Shown here: one piece after another, positions 7,705 through 17,350 of the stretch
How positions within the stretch are numbered: position 1 is the stretch's first letter
Layout: every line of letters starts with the position of its first letter
DNA from: a candidate division WOR-3 bacterium
GTDB lineage: Bacteria > Hydrothermota > Tepidihabitantia > Tepidihabitantales > DTDR01
DNA length: 21,066 bases
Assembly: GCA_039801885.1 (NCBI GenBank)
Contig: JBDRVN010000029.1
Span: 1-21,066 of the forward strand
Direction of reading: 5' to 3'
Program-made: the position numbers and the translations under genes
The notes under the pieces: model-generated
Seen by the model: the letters and a program-made list of their open reading frames with translations, nothing else
Databases searched by the model: none
Told to the model about the DNA's origin: nothing

Positions 7705-9810
7705 ATGAAAGCAATAAAAACATTTTTTATATTTTTTATTTTTCTTTTCGCAAGTGAAACATCTTTTATCTCTTCTAATAATCCGATAGAAGACATTTAC
7801 GGAAAAGCGCCCAAAAGTTCTCCTTTTAATGCCCGATTAACCGATGATTCCCTTTGGATAAAAACTGACTCTATGCCTTTGCCTTCAATTGGTAGTAGTG
7901 ATGCTTGGACAGGTTTAAAAGTCTATGGTGATACAGTTTACATTGTCTTAAATCAAGCTAATATGGCTTTCCAAGTACAAAAAAGAAATCGTTTAACCGG
8001 TGCCCTAATCTCTTCTTTTAATGGTAATACTACGCCTTCTTACGCAATGAGCGCAGTAAGGGTTGATGATTCAATATTTGTTTCGGTATTTTATCCGTCG
8101 CCAGAACATATTGAAGTTTATTCAGCAAACGGAACCTATGTCCGTTCTTTTAATGCTCCATCAGGATTTCGTTGTCGGGGAATGGATTGGGATGGTTCAA
8201 AACTTTGGGCCTGTAATACTCAAGAGTATGGAAATACTATTTACACAATGACAAGAGAAGGAACTTTATTAAGAAACTTAACAAATACCGGACCAATTAC
8301 CTGCTATTGGTTTTTTGATATGACATTAGATAGAATGATTCCCAACCGATTATGGGTAAATGACCAAGAATCTCCTTTTGTTACCCGTTATATCTCTTTT
8401 GATACGATAGCAAATACCTATCAAGTAAATGCCACTTTTACCCATCCGGGAAGTCCAAGTTATTATCCCGAAGGAATTGGCTTTTATGGTCCGGAAGGCG
8501 GAAATGGTTATATTTATACAGTAGGACACGCTTCTCTTTGGGCTTGGAAGATGATGGTTCATACTTATACCGGAACATCGGATGTTGGTGTGGCGGCAAT
8601 AAGAAATCCTTCAGCAATTGTTGACCCGAATTCCAGTATTACACCAATAGCCGTGATAAAAAATTTTGGTGCCCAATCTCAATCAAATATCCCTGTTTAT
8701 TTTTGGATTGATTCAAGCAATGTAAGGATTTATAATCGGGATATAAACTTTCCTGGTCCACTAAATCCCGGTGAAACTGCTCGTGTCACTTTTCCCAATT
8801 GGTTTACTGGTCCAGCAGGAATAAACTATCAAATCACTTGCTTTACTAATTTAGGCAATGATACTAATAGAACAAATGATACTTTAAAACAAAGAACCAC
8901 CACTTTTTTAGTAAGAGATACCTTAATCGCACCTTTTGCTCAGGTTTCACCAAACATTGATGGTAATATTCAACAATCGGAATGGTATGATGCCTTAAAA
9001 TGGGATATTTCTGATGTTTTAAATATGCAAGGTAGCGGTCCCCGACCTGCTGGTAGTGTCTTTCTTTATGTGAAGCACGATTCTAATAATGTCTACTGGG
9101 CGCTTGATTTTGTGGCAAAAAATACAAGGGATAACTATGACCAATTTGGTTGTTATTTAGATGAAAATTATAGCCGAACTTGGGCAACCGATTCTTCCGA
9201 AGGTAATCATTGGTTTGTCTGGCTAAATCAAGATACTGTTGTCTATCGTGCCTTAATTGGACCAGGAAATATTCCCAGTGCTTATTGGGTAAGATGGGCA
9301 AGCGGTAATGGTATTTCTCGGGCAAGTACCGTTTCCGGTCATCTCCAATTTGAAGCAGTCGTTGCTAAAGGAACGCAAAAATGGAATTATAATATCAACA
9401 CAATTTGTGATACGGTAGGTTTTTATGTTTATGCTTCTGCCGGACCAACCGGAAATGATATGTGGGGAACTTGGCCAACAACAATGCCAGGTAGTAATTG
9501 GAATAATGCTGCTACTTATGGGACTCTGATATTTGGTAGCCAACCATCAGCAATTAGCGAAACACAAATCATTACCTTTAAAAAATCAAAAAATAATATT
9601 TTTAGAATGCCTCTTATCTTAAAAGATGTTGAAAATATCTCAATCTATGATGCTACCGGAAAATTATTAAGAAGAATTAATAAGATAGATAAAGAACTTA
9701 TTTGGGATGGCAAGGATAATAAAGGCAACTTTCTTTCTTATGGTATCTATTTTCTTAAATTAAAAACCAAGGACGGCTTACTAACAGAAAAAATAATAAT
9801 CACAAGATAA
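7705..9810 (+). CDS. Secreted multidomain protein: beta-propeller-like region, CARDB-like Ig domain, CBM9/DOMON-like domain, FlgD/T9SS-like C-terminal domain
   Basis: Signal peptide; GMDWDGSKLW blade-like motif; DVGVAAIRNP…VIKNFG…D TNRTNDT; PNIDGNIQQSEW…VKHDSNNVYWA; IYDATGKLLR…WDGKDNKG…GIYFLKL. Confidence 0.75.
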   Translation: MKAIKTFFIFFIFLFASETSFISSNNPIEDIYGKAPKSSPFNARLTDDSLWIKTDSMPLPSIGSSDAWTGLKVYGDTVYIVLNQANMAFQVQKRNRLTGALISSFNGNTTPSYAMSAVRVDDSIFVSVFYPSPEHIEVYSANGTYVRSFNAPSGFRCRGMDWDGSKLWACNTQEYGNTIYTMTREGTLLRNLTNTGPITCYWFFDMTLDRMIPNRLWVNDQESPFVTRYISFDTIANTYQVNATFTHPGSPSYYPEGIGFYGPEGGNGYIYTVGHASLWAWKMMVHTYTGTSDVGVAAIRNPSAIVDPNSSITPIAVIKNFGAQSQSNIPVYFWIDSSNVRIYNRDINFPGPLNPGETARVTFPNWFTGPAGINYQITCFTNLGNDTNRTNDTLKQRTTTFLVRDTLIAPFAQVSPNIDGNIQQSEWYDALKWDISDVLNMQGSGPRPAGSVFLYVKHDSNNVYWALDFVAKNTRDNYDQFGCYLDENYSRTWATDSSEGNHWFVWLNQDTVVYRALIGPGNIPSAYWVRWASGNGISRASTVSGHLQFEAVVAKGTQKWNYNINTICDTVGFYVYASAGPTGNDMWGTWPTTMPGSNWNNAATYGTLIFGSQPSAISETQIITFKKSKNNIFRMPLILKDVENISIYDATGKLLRRINKIDKELIWDGKDNKGNFLSYGIYFLKLKTKDGLLTEKIIITR

Positions 9811-9826
9811 AAATCTAAAAGTAGAG

Positions 9827-9860
9827 GGGCAGAGAGAAAAAAATCTTTCTGCCCATATTT
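9827..9860 (+). terminator. Probable intrinsic terminator
   Basis: GGGCAGAGAGA-A6-TCTTTCTGCCC (11 bp, one G-U) followed by an imperfect T-rich tail. Confidence 0.65.
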
Positions 9861-9885
9861 CTTATATAAAGTTCTCTTTTTAAGA

Positions 9886-9913
9886 TTGACTTCTTTTATT
9901 TAATTATTAAAAT
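9886..9913 (+). promoter_or_regulatory. Sigma70-type promoter of the divIVA operon (probably leaderless)
   Basis: TTGACT-16 nt-TAAAAT, ATG 6 nt further on, no SD. Confidence 0.6.
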
Positions 9914-9919
9914 TATTCT

Positions 9920-10396
9920 ATGAAAATAACACCATTAGATATTAGAAGGAGAGATTTTTTAATTCGTTTTCGTGGGTATGATAAAAAAGAGGTAAAGGAA
10001 TTTTTAGAAATTATTGCCAAAGAATGGGAAGAACTAATTAAGGAGCGAGAGGAACTAATCAATCGAATATCTCTTTTGGAAGAAAAAGTAGCAAATTACC
10101 AAAGACAAGAGAAACTTTTGCAAGAAACTCTAATGACCGTTCAAAAACAGGTTGAAGATTTAAAAAATAACGCCCAAAAAGAAGCCGAAAATATCTTAGA
10201 AAGGGCGAAATTGGAAGCAAAAGAAATGATAATGAATGCCCAAAAAGCGATTGATAAACTAAGAGAAGAGTTTAATACCCTAAATTTGCGAAAAAAGGTT
10301 TTTCTTTCTAATTTAAAAGGGTTAATTGAAGGTTTAAATAATTTTATCAAAGAATGGGAGAAGGAAAATGAAAGAGAAGATAAAGGAAGCAGTTAG
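9920..10396 (+). CDS. divIVA: DivIVA-domain protein
   Basis: MKITPLDIRRRDF…FRGYDKKEVKEFL N-terminal signature followed by a coiled coil. Confidence 0.92.
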   Translation: MKITPLDIRRRDFLIRFRGYDKKEVKEFLEIIAKEWEELIKEREELINRISLLEEKVANYQRQEKLLQETLMTVQKQVEDLKNNAQKEAENILERAKLEAKEMIMNAQKAIDKLREEFNTLNLRKKVFLSNLKGLIEGLNNFIKEWEKENEREDKGSS

Positions 10397-11186
10397 TTTT
10401 ATTAAAAAAGAATGCGATTTTAAACCGAAGATTGGAATTATTTTAGGCACCGGCTTAGGAAAACTTGCGGAAGAGATTGAAATTACTAAAGTTATCTCCT
10501 ATTCGGAAATTCCCCACTTTCCTATGCCGACAGTGGTTACCCATGAAGGAAGACTTATTTTTGGTTATATAAATAATAAAAAAGTCTGTGCCTTTCAAGG
10601 TCGTTTCCATTATTATGAAGGCTATTCAATGTTTGAAATCACTTTACCAGTAAGGGTAATGAAGGAATTGGGGGTAGAAGTTCTTATTGTCTCCAATGCC
10701 AGTGGTGGTTTAAATCCCTTATTTTCACCTGGTGATATTATGGCAATCACTGACCATATCAATTTTCTTTTTGATAATCCTTTAAGAGGTTTAATTGATC
10801 CCGATTTTGGACCAAGATTTCCCGATATGTATAATTGCTATGACAAAAATCTAATAAAACTTGTTGAAGAAATTGCCTTAGACTTAAAAATTCCGATAAA
10901 AAAGGGAGTTTATATTGCAGTAATGGGACCAAATTTAGAGACCGCTGCCGAATATCGGGCGTTTAGAATTTTAGGTGCTGATGCGGTTGGTATGTCAACA
11001 GTACCAGAAGTAATTGTTGCCCGACAAGTTGGAATAAAAGTAATTGGTTTTTCGGTAATAACTGATATGGGATTGCCTGATGCTTTAAAACCAGTTAATT
11101 TAGCGGAAATATTAAGAATTGCTAAGGAAACTGAACCAAAATTAACTATGCTAATAAAAGAATTTATCAAAAGATTAAATGTTTAA
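10368..11186 (+). CDS. punA: Purine-nucleoside phosphorylase, trimeric (NP-I) type
   Basis: GIILGTGLG, QGRFHYYEG, SNASGG, DHIN, GPNLET, VGMSTVPE motifs. Confidence 0.93.
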   Translation: MKEKIKEAVSFIKKECDFKPKIGIILGTGLGKLAEEIEITKVISYSEIPHFPMPTVVTHEGRLIFGYINNKKVCAFQGRFHYYEGYSMFEITLPVRVMKELGVEVLIVSNASGGLNPLFSPGDIMAITDHINFLFDNPLRGLIDPDFGPRFPDMYNCYDKNLIKLVEEIALDLKIPIKKGVYIAVMGPNLETAAEYRAFRILGADAVGMSTVPEVIVARQVGIKVIGFSVITDMGLPDALKPVNLAEILRIAKETEPKLTMLIKEFIKRLNV

Positions 11187-11913
11187 AAGATTTCTTATCC
11201 TTCTTTCTCTTTTTCTTCTTTTTGCCTGTGCTAAAAGAGCTATTATAAAAGAAGAAAATGTCGAAGAATTATTTAATACCGCTCTTAAATCAATGGCTGA
11301 AAATAAATATGAGATAGCAATAAAATATTTCAATAAAATCGTTAGCGAATATCCCCATACCAGTTATCTTATAAAATCTCAATTTCTCTTAGCTGAATGC
11401 TATTTTCAAAAAGGGGATTATGAAAAGGCAAAATTGGAATACGAATTTTATATAAAAACCTTTCCTTATGCTGAAGATTATGAAAATGCCTTATATAAAA
11501 GCTTAGTCTGTGATTTAAAGCTATTAAAAAAATCTCAAAATATTTTTGCCTTACAAGAGTTAAAAGAAAATTTTTTAGAATTTCAAGAAAATTATCCGGA
11601 AAGTCAATTTTCCAAAGAAGTGCAAAATTATATAAATAGTATTGATTCTCTGATTGCCCAAAATTTCTTTGATATTGCCGTCTTATATTACAAAAATGGC
11701 GAATTAAAAGGCGCGGAAGCCTATTTTGAATATATAAAAAATAATTTTCCCAATACTTCTTTTAAATTTCATTCTTTATATTATTTAGCCGAGATTTCTT
11801 ACAAAAATAGTGAGATAGAAAAGGCAGAAAATTATCTAAAAGAGATTATTAAAGAAGGCGAGGATGATTTAAAATTGAAAGCCCAAAAGTTGTTAGCAAA
11901 ATGGAAAAAATAG
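11179..11913 (+). CDS. bamD: Outer-membrane protein assembly factor BamD-like TPR lipoprotein
   Basis: Lipobox LFAC; TPR repeats with YP/FP turns (EYPHT, TFPYA, NYPES, NFPNT); IAVLYYK motif. Confidence 0.8.
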   Translation: MFKRFLILLSLFLLFACAKRAIIKEENVEELFNTALKSMAENKYEIAIKYFNKIVSEYPHTSYLIKSQFLLAECYFQKGDYEKAKLEYEFYIKTFPYAEDYENALYKSLVCDLKLLKKSQNIFALQELKENFLEFQENYPESQFSKEVQNYINSIDSLIAQNFFDIAVLYYKNGELKGAEAYFEYIKNNFPNTSFKFHSLYYLAEISYKNSEIEKAENYLKEIIKEGEDDLKLKAQKLLAKWKK

Positions 11914-12488
11914 GCATCTTTGGTGGCGCCTTTGACCCTCCCCATATTGCTCATTTAATAATTGCCGAAGAAGTCCTTTTTTCTCTTTCTCTATCAAAAA
12001 TCCTTTTTATCCCAACTTATTATCCACCCCATAAAACAACCCTAACCTCCTTTGAACATCGTTTTAATATGCTCAGTTTGGCAATTGAAAACAATGAAAA
12101 ATTTATTATTTCTGATATTGAAAAAAAGATAAAAGAGAATTATAATATTGAAAGTTCTTATAGCATTTATACGATAAGAGAATTGAAAAAAATTTATCCT
12201 GATAAAGAGTTATATTTTATTATTGGTTCTGACCAATATATAGAATTTAAAAACTGGTATCAATCGGAAGAGATTTTAAAAGAGATAAAAATTTGTGTGC
12301 TTTTACGATATGGTTATCCTTTACCAAAAGAAGAATATAAAGAAAATTTAATATTTTTACCGGTTTCCCAATTGGCAATAAAATCAAGCGAGATTAGAGA
12401 AAGAGTTAAAAATAATAAACCTTTTAGGTATTTTTTGCCTGAGAAGGTTTATAAATATATTATTGAAAATAAATTATATTTAATTTAA
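11901..12488 (+). CDS. nadD: Nicotinate-nucleotide adenylyltransferase
   Basis: GIFGGAFDPPHIAH, PPHK, FIIGSD, SSEIRER motifs. Confidence 0.95.
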   Translation: MEKIGIFGGAFDPPHIAHLIIAEEVLFSLSLSKILFIPTYYPPHKTTLTSFEHRFNMLSLAIENNEKFIISDIEKKIKENYNIESSYSIYTIRELKKIYPDKELYFIIGSDQYIEFKNWYQSEEILKEIKICVLLRYGYPLPKEEYKENLIFLPVSQLAIKSSEIRERVKNNKPFRYFLPEKVYKYIIENKLYLI

Positions 12489-12498
12489 AGGAGGAAAA

Positions 12499-12795
12499 AT
12501 GTTTGATTTACTTTATGCAACAAATGGTCAACAAGTTAATCCTTTGGCTTCTTTTTTACCTTTAATTTTAATTATTTTGGTTTTTTATTTTTTATTAGTT
12601 ATTCCTCAGCAAAGAAGACAGAAAAAACATCAAGAAATGATCAACAATTTAAAAAGAGGTGATAAAGTTGTAACTACTGGCGGAATCCACGGTGTGATTT
12701 CTGATATTAAAGAGACCACTTTTATTTTAAAAGTTGATGAAAACACTAAAATTGAAATTGAAAAGACATCTATTGCCTACAAAAAACAAGGTTAA
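12499..12795 (+). CDS. yajC: Preprotein translocase subunit YajC
   Basis: TM helix, FYFLLVIPQQRRQK, LKRGDKVVTTGGIHG; AAGGAGG SD. Confidence 0.96.
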   Translation: MFDLLYATNGQQVNPLASFLPLILIILVFYFLLVIPQQRRQKKHQEMINNLKRGDKVVTTGGIHGVISDIKETTFILKVDENTKIEIEKTSIAYKKQG

Positions 12796-12803
12796 TTTTA
12801 ATT

Positions 12804-13295
12804 ATGGGAGAAAAACCAAAACTGATAACTTATCCTAATCCTCTTCTGAAAAAGAAGGCATCCAAGATCAAGAAAATTGATGAGAAAATTTTTCAATTAG
12901 TCAAAGAAATGGAAAAGACCCTTTTCTATTATGAAGGTTTAGGACTAGCAGCTAACCAAATTGGTGTTTTAAAATCCCTTTTTATTGTTAATTTGAGCGC
13001 TGATAAAGAAAAACCAAGAATCTTAACAATAGTTAACCCCGAAATTATCCACCAAGAAGGAGAAATCGAAGAATACGAAGGCTGCCTCTCAATTCCTAAT
13101 ATTCGGGAAATTGTTTTGCGACCAAAAATTGTTATTGTAAAAGGAATTACTTTGGATGAAAAAGAGATAACTTTAGAAGGGAAAAATCTTCTGGCTCGGT
13201 GCTTTCTTCATGAATATGACCATCTCCAAGGAATACTTTTTATTGACCATTTAAGTGAAATAAGAAAAAAGTTTATTCTTAACCAAATCAAATGA
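12804..13295 (+). CDS. def: Peptide deformylase
   Basis: GLGLAANQIG, EGCLS, HEYDH motifs. Confidence 0.97.
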   Translation: MGEKPKLITYPNPLLKKKASKIKKIDEKIFQLVKEMEKTLFYYEGLGLAANQIGVLKSLFIVNLSADKEKPRILTIVNPEIIHQEGEIEEYEGCLSIPNIREIVLRPKIVIVKGITLDEKEITLEGKNLLARCFLHEYDHLQGILFIDHLSEIRKKFILNQIK

Positions 13296-14230
13296 AAATC
13301 ATTTTTTTTAGTAGCGATGATTTAGGAATTCCTGGTTTAGAGGGCTTATTAGAAAATAATTATGAAATTATTGGTGTAATCACCACTCCAGATAAACCAA
13401 AAGGAAGAGGATTGAAAATCTTACCAAATCCAATAAAAGAAAAGGCAGAAAAATTATTTCTTAAAATTTTTCAACCGGTAGATCCAAATGATAAAGATTT
13501 CATTGCTGTTCTAAAAGAATTAAAAACTGACTTAGGAATATTAATTAGTTACGGAAAGATTTTAAAAAGGGAATTGATCGAAATCTTTGAAAAAGGGATT
13601 ATTAATATCCATTTCTCTCTATTGCCAAAATACCGTGGTGCCGCACCAATCCAAAGAGCCCTAATAAATGGCGAAAAAGAAACCGGCCTTTCTGCCTTTC
13701 TTGTTAATGAAAAATTGGATGCTGGACCGATTATCTACCAGGAAAAAATTGAAATAAAAGAAGAAGATAACTATGGCACTCTTAAAGAGAAGTTAAAAGA
13801 ATTAAGTAAAAATTTTCTTATTAAGGCGATTGAAAAATACTTAAATAAAGGACCGATTATCTATCAAGATGATAAATTGGCAACCTATGCACCTAAAATC
13901 AAAAAGGAAGAGAGAAAAATAAACTGGGAAAAAGGAAAAGAAGATATTTTCAACCAAATCCGTGCCCTCTCACCTGTACCAGGTGCTTATACTTTTTTTC
14001 GTAATGAACAATTAATTATATTAAAATCAGAAATATCTCAAAATGAACCAAAAGAGAGATTAAAACTTCCTTGCGGAGGAATTTTAATTTTAAACAAAGG
14101 CTTATATGTAAAATGTGGCGACTCTTTTTTAAGAATTAAAGAACTAAAACCAAGTGGGAAAAAGATAATTAGTGATTTAGATTTCATTAATGGTTATCGA
14201 ATAAAAACCGGCGATGCGTTTAATAATTAA
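13292..14230 (+). CDS. fmt: Methionyl-tRNA formyltransferase
   Basis: PDKPKGRG, INIHFSLLPKYRGAAPIQRAL, LDAGPI, ATYAPKI; ATGA overlap with def. Confidence 0.96.
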   Translation: MKIIFFSSDDLGIPGLEGLLENNYEIIGVITTPDKPKGRGLKILPNPIKEKAEKLFLKIFQPVDPNDKDFIAVLKELKTDLGILISYGKILKRELIEIFEKGIINIHFSLLPKYRGAAPIQRALINGEKETGLSAFLVNEKLDAGPIIYQEKIEIKEEDNYGTLKEKLKELSKNFLIKAIEKYLNKGPIIYQDDKLATYAPKIKKEERKINWEKGKEDIFNQIRALSPVPGAYTFFRNEQLIILKSEISQNEPKERLKLPCGGILILNKGLYVKCGDSFLRIKELKPSGKKIISDLDFINGYRIKTGDAFNN

Positions 14231-14936
14231 TATTTTAATAGTAGTAACAACAATATTTTTGGGCTTTCTTGTTAATCTATTTTTTTACGGATTTTTAATC
14301 ATACCAATATTTGTCAAAACGTCTTGGGAAGTGAAAGTCCCTAATTTAATTGGCTTAACTCCCAAAGAAGCAAAGGAATTACTAAAAAAAGTTAATTTAA
14401 AATTGGATGAGAAAATTATCTATGAGGAAAGTGATTTCTCAGAGGGGAAAATCTTTAAACAAAAACCAGAACCAAATAGCAAAATAAAAAGGGGCCAATA
14501 TGTGAAGATAATTGTTTCTTCCGGACCCAAATTTATTAGAGTACCAGAAATCTACGAAACCGATTTAGAGAAAAGTATTCAACTGCTCATTCAATATGAT
14601 TTAAAAGTAGAAGTGGAATCAATCTTTTCTTCAGAAAAGGATGGAAAAATTATTGGAATTGAGCCTGCTTCTAATACCAAAGTCCGCAAGGGAAGTATCA
14701 TAAAAATTTATTTTGCTACAAAGGAGGCGAAAACTTTTCCAATACCCAATCTTTATGGTTTAGAAATTAACCAAGCCAAAAAACTTCTTGAAGAATATTC
14801 TCTTTATATTAAAGAGATTAGAGAAACGGAAAGTAATGAAAAAATTGGTACCGTTATCTTTCAATATCCCGAAGAAGGCACCCTTGTAAAACCCGCTGAT
14901 TCAGTTATAATAATTATTTCTAAAGGAAAGGAATAA
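14214..14936 (+). CDS. Membrane-anchored protein with three PASTA domains, no kinase domain
   Basis: N-terminal TM segment; VPNLIG…, VPEIYE…, IPNLYG… repeats with GxI/VxxQxP-like motifs. Confidence 0.88.
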   Translation: MRLIINILIVVTTIFLGFLVNLFFYGFLIIPIFVKTSWEVKVPNLIGLTPKEAKELLKKVNLKLDEKIIYEESDFSEGKIFKQKPEPNSKIKRGQYVKIIVSSGPKFIRVPEIYETDLEKSIQLLIQYDLKVEVESIFSSEKDGKIIGIEPASNTKVRKGSIIKIYFATKEAKTFPIPNLYGLEINQAKKLLEEYSLYIKEIRETESNEKIGTVIFQYPEEGTLVKPADSVIIIISKGKE

Positions 14937-15586
14937 TGCATATTTCGGCTTCTATATTAAATTGTAATTTTTTAAAATTAGAAGAAGAGATTAAAAAAAT
15001 AGAAGAGGCTGGAATTGATTCTTTTCACTTGGATGTAATGGATGGTCATTTTGTTCCAAACTTAAGTTTTGGTACACCAATTTTTAATGCTTTAAAAAAG
15101 GTAGCCCAAAAACCAATCATTACCCATTTGATGGTTTTTTCACCAATTAAAATGATTGAATGGTTTATTCCCGGTTCTTTTGGAATACTTTTTCATTACG
15201 AAGCAATGAAAGATGAAAGGGAATTAAAAGAAACAATTAATAAAATTAAAGAGAATAATTTAGAATGCGGAATTGCTTTAAATCCGCCAACACCGATTGA
15301 AAATATTTTCTCTTATCTTTCCGAATTTGATGAAATCTTAATAATGAGTGTCTATCCCGGTTTTGGTGGTCAAAAGTTTATTCCGGAAGTTATCAAAAAG
15401 ATTGAAAATTTAAAAAATTTGATTAATAAAAAAAATCTAAAAATAACTATTTCAGTAGACGGTGGTGTAGGACCGGAAAACAGTAAAAAATTGATTTTAG
15501 CCGGTGTCGATAAATTAATAGTAGGTAGTGCCATTTTTAAAGAAGAAGATTACTCTTTAATAGTAAAAAAAATTAAAAATGTTTGA
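14936..15586 (+). CDS. rpe: Ribulose-phosphate 3-epimerase
   Basis: HLDVMDGHFVPNLSFG, HLMV, MSVYPGFGGQKF, VDGG, VGSAIF. Confidence 0.97.
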   Translation: MHISASILNCNFLKLEEEIKKIEEAGIDSFHLDVMDGHFVPNLSFGTPIFNALKKVAQKPIITHLMVFSPIKMIEWFIPGSFGILFHYEAMKDERELKETINKIKENNLECGIALNPPTPIENIFSYLSEFDEILIMSVYPGFGGQKFIPEVIKKIENLKNLINKKNLKITISVDGGVGPENSKKLILAGVDKLIVGSAIFKEEDYSLIVKKIKNV

Positions 15587-16859
15587 TATAATTGCTGACC
15601 GTTTTGTAAAATTGCAAAGAAAACTTTTAGGCTATGGCCGCCTTTCTCAAAAAGAGATTTCTGATACTTTAAGAGAAATCAGAATTTTGCTTTTGGATGC
15701 TGATGTTAATTATAAAGTGGTTGGAGAATTTTTACGCTCCTTAGAAGAAAAGTTAAAATCAGAAAAAATCACCTCGGCTTTAAAACCCGGTGAATTAGTA
15801 ATTGTTGAATTATACAAAGAAATGGTAAAATTGCTTGGTGAAAAGCCAGCAAAACTTAATTTAACTGAACAATTTAATACAATTTCTCTATTTGGTTTGC
15901 AGGGAACAGGTAAAACAACAACTGCTGCGAAGCTAGCTTATTATTATAAACAGAAAAAACCTTTATTGGTTGCTTGCGACCCCAAAAGACCCGCCGCCTC
16001 TTTACAATTACAAATGCTCGCAGAAAGGGTGAAAACAGATTTCATTCCGGTAAAAGAAGATGTATTTATTACTGCTAAAGCCGCATTAGAATTTGCTAAA
16101 AAGAATAATAACCAATTAGTCATTTTTGATACTGCCGGTCGGCTTCATATTGATAAAGAACTGATGGAAGAGTTGAAAGAATTTAAAGAGAAAATAAAGC
16201 CCAATTATAATCTTTTAGTGGTTGATGGAATGGTGGGGCAAGATGCCGTTAATCAGGCAAAAGAATTTAATGAAAAGATCGGTATCGACGGTGTAATTGT
16301 TACCAAAATGGATGGCGATGCCAAAGGCGGTGCCTGTCTCTCGATAAGAACAGTAAGTAAGGCACCAATAATTTTTATTGGTGTCGGTGAAAAGGTTGAA
16401 GATTTGCAAGAATTTTATCCTGATAGAATCGCTAGCCGTATTTTGGGAAGAGGGGATATAAAAACTTTAATCGAAAAGGTTGAAAGTGCGGTTAATCGAG
16501 AAGAACAAGAGAAACTGGCAAAAAAATTTATAAAAGGGGAATTAAATTTAGAAGATTTTCTAAATCAAATAAAAATGATAAAAAAAATGGGAAGCTTACA
16601 AAAAATCCTCTCAATGGTGCCGATTCCGGAATTGAAAGGAGTAAATTTTGATGAAAAAGAGATTATAAAAATGGAGGCAATTATTTTATCAATGACCAAA
16701 GAAGAGAGAAGAAACCCAAAAATTATTGATGGTAGTAGGAAAAGAAGAATTGCTCTGGGCAGCGGCACAACTGTCACCGATGTCAATCGGCTACTTAATG
16801 AATTTTTCCAAGCCCAAAAATTGGCAAAGATTTTTAAAGATAAAAAAAGAATATTTTAA
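15579..16859 (+). CDS. ffh: Signal recognition particle protein Ffh
   Basis: LLDADVN, GLQGTGKTTTAAKLA, DTAGR, TKMDGDAKGG, M-domain SMTKEER…SRKRRIALGSG. Confidence 0.98.
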   Translation: MFDIIADRFVKLQRKLLGYGRLSQKEISDTLREIRILLLDADVNYKVVGEFLRSLEEKLKSEKITSALKPGELVIVELYKEMVKLLGEKPAKLNLTEQFNTISLFGLQGTGKTTTAAKLAYYYKQKKPLLVACDPKRPAASLQLQMLAERVKTDFIPVKEDVFITAKAALEFAKKNNNQLVIFDTAGRLHIDKELMEELKEFKEKIKPNYNLLVVDGMVGQDAVNQAKEFNEKIGIDGVIVTKMDGDAKGGACLSIRTVSKAPIIFIGVGEKVEDLQEFYPDRIASRILGRGDIKTLIEKVESAVNREEQEKLAKKFIKGELNLEDFLNQIKMIKKMGSLQKILSMVPIPELKGVNFDEKEIIKMEAIILSMTKEERRNPKIIDGSRKRRIALGSGTTVTDVNRLLNEFFQAQKLAKIFKDKKRIF

Positions 16860-16870
16860 AAGGAGGAAAA

Positions 16871-17350
16871 ATGATTTTTTATTCAATAAATGAAGTATTA
16901 GAAATGGCAATCCAAATTGAGAAAAGTGGTTATCAATTTTATTTAAACTCAAAAGAAAAAACTAATGACAATAACTTAAAAGAACTTTTTGATTTCTTAT
17001 CAAGTGAGGAATTAAAACATATGGAAACATTTAATAGGATTAAAAACCGATTAAAAACAACACCTTATAACTTACCTTTTGATTGGGAAGAAGTAAAACT
17101 ATATTTAAAAGTAATCACCGACTCTCATTTCTTTGCCGGTGAAGATAAAGTTTTAAATTTAATGGAAAGAGCCAAAAATGAGAAAGAGCTGATTGACTTG
17201 GCAATTGCTTTTGAAAAGGAGACATTGCTCTTTTATTATGAAATATTAAATTTAGTTGCCCAAGAAGAAACACCTGTGGTGTTAAAGTTAATTAATGAAG
17301 AGAAGGCACATATTAAAAAATTAGAAACTATAAAAGGAGAAATTAAATGA
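16871..17350 (+). CDS. Ferritin-like (rubrerythrin di-iron domain) protein 1
   Basis: AIQIE…FY…EELKH / AIAFE…FY…EEKAH duplicated di-iron motifs; no rubredoxin CxxC domain; AAGGAGG SD. Confidence 0.88.
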   Translation: MIFYSINEVLEMAIQIEKSGYQFYLNSKEKTNDNNLKELFDFLSSEELKHMETFNRIKNRLKTTPYNLPFDWEEVKLYLKVITDSHFFAGEDKVLNLMERAKNEKELIDLAIAFEKETLLFYYEILNLVAQEETPVVLKLINEEKAHIKKLETIKGEIK

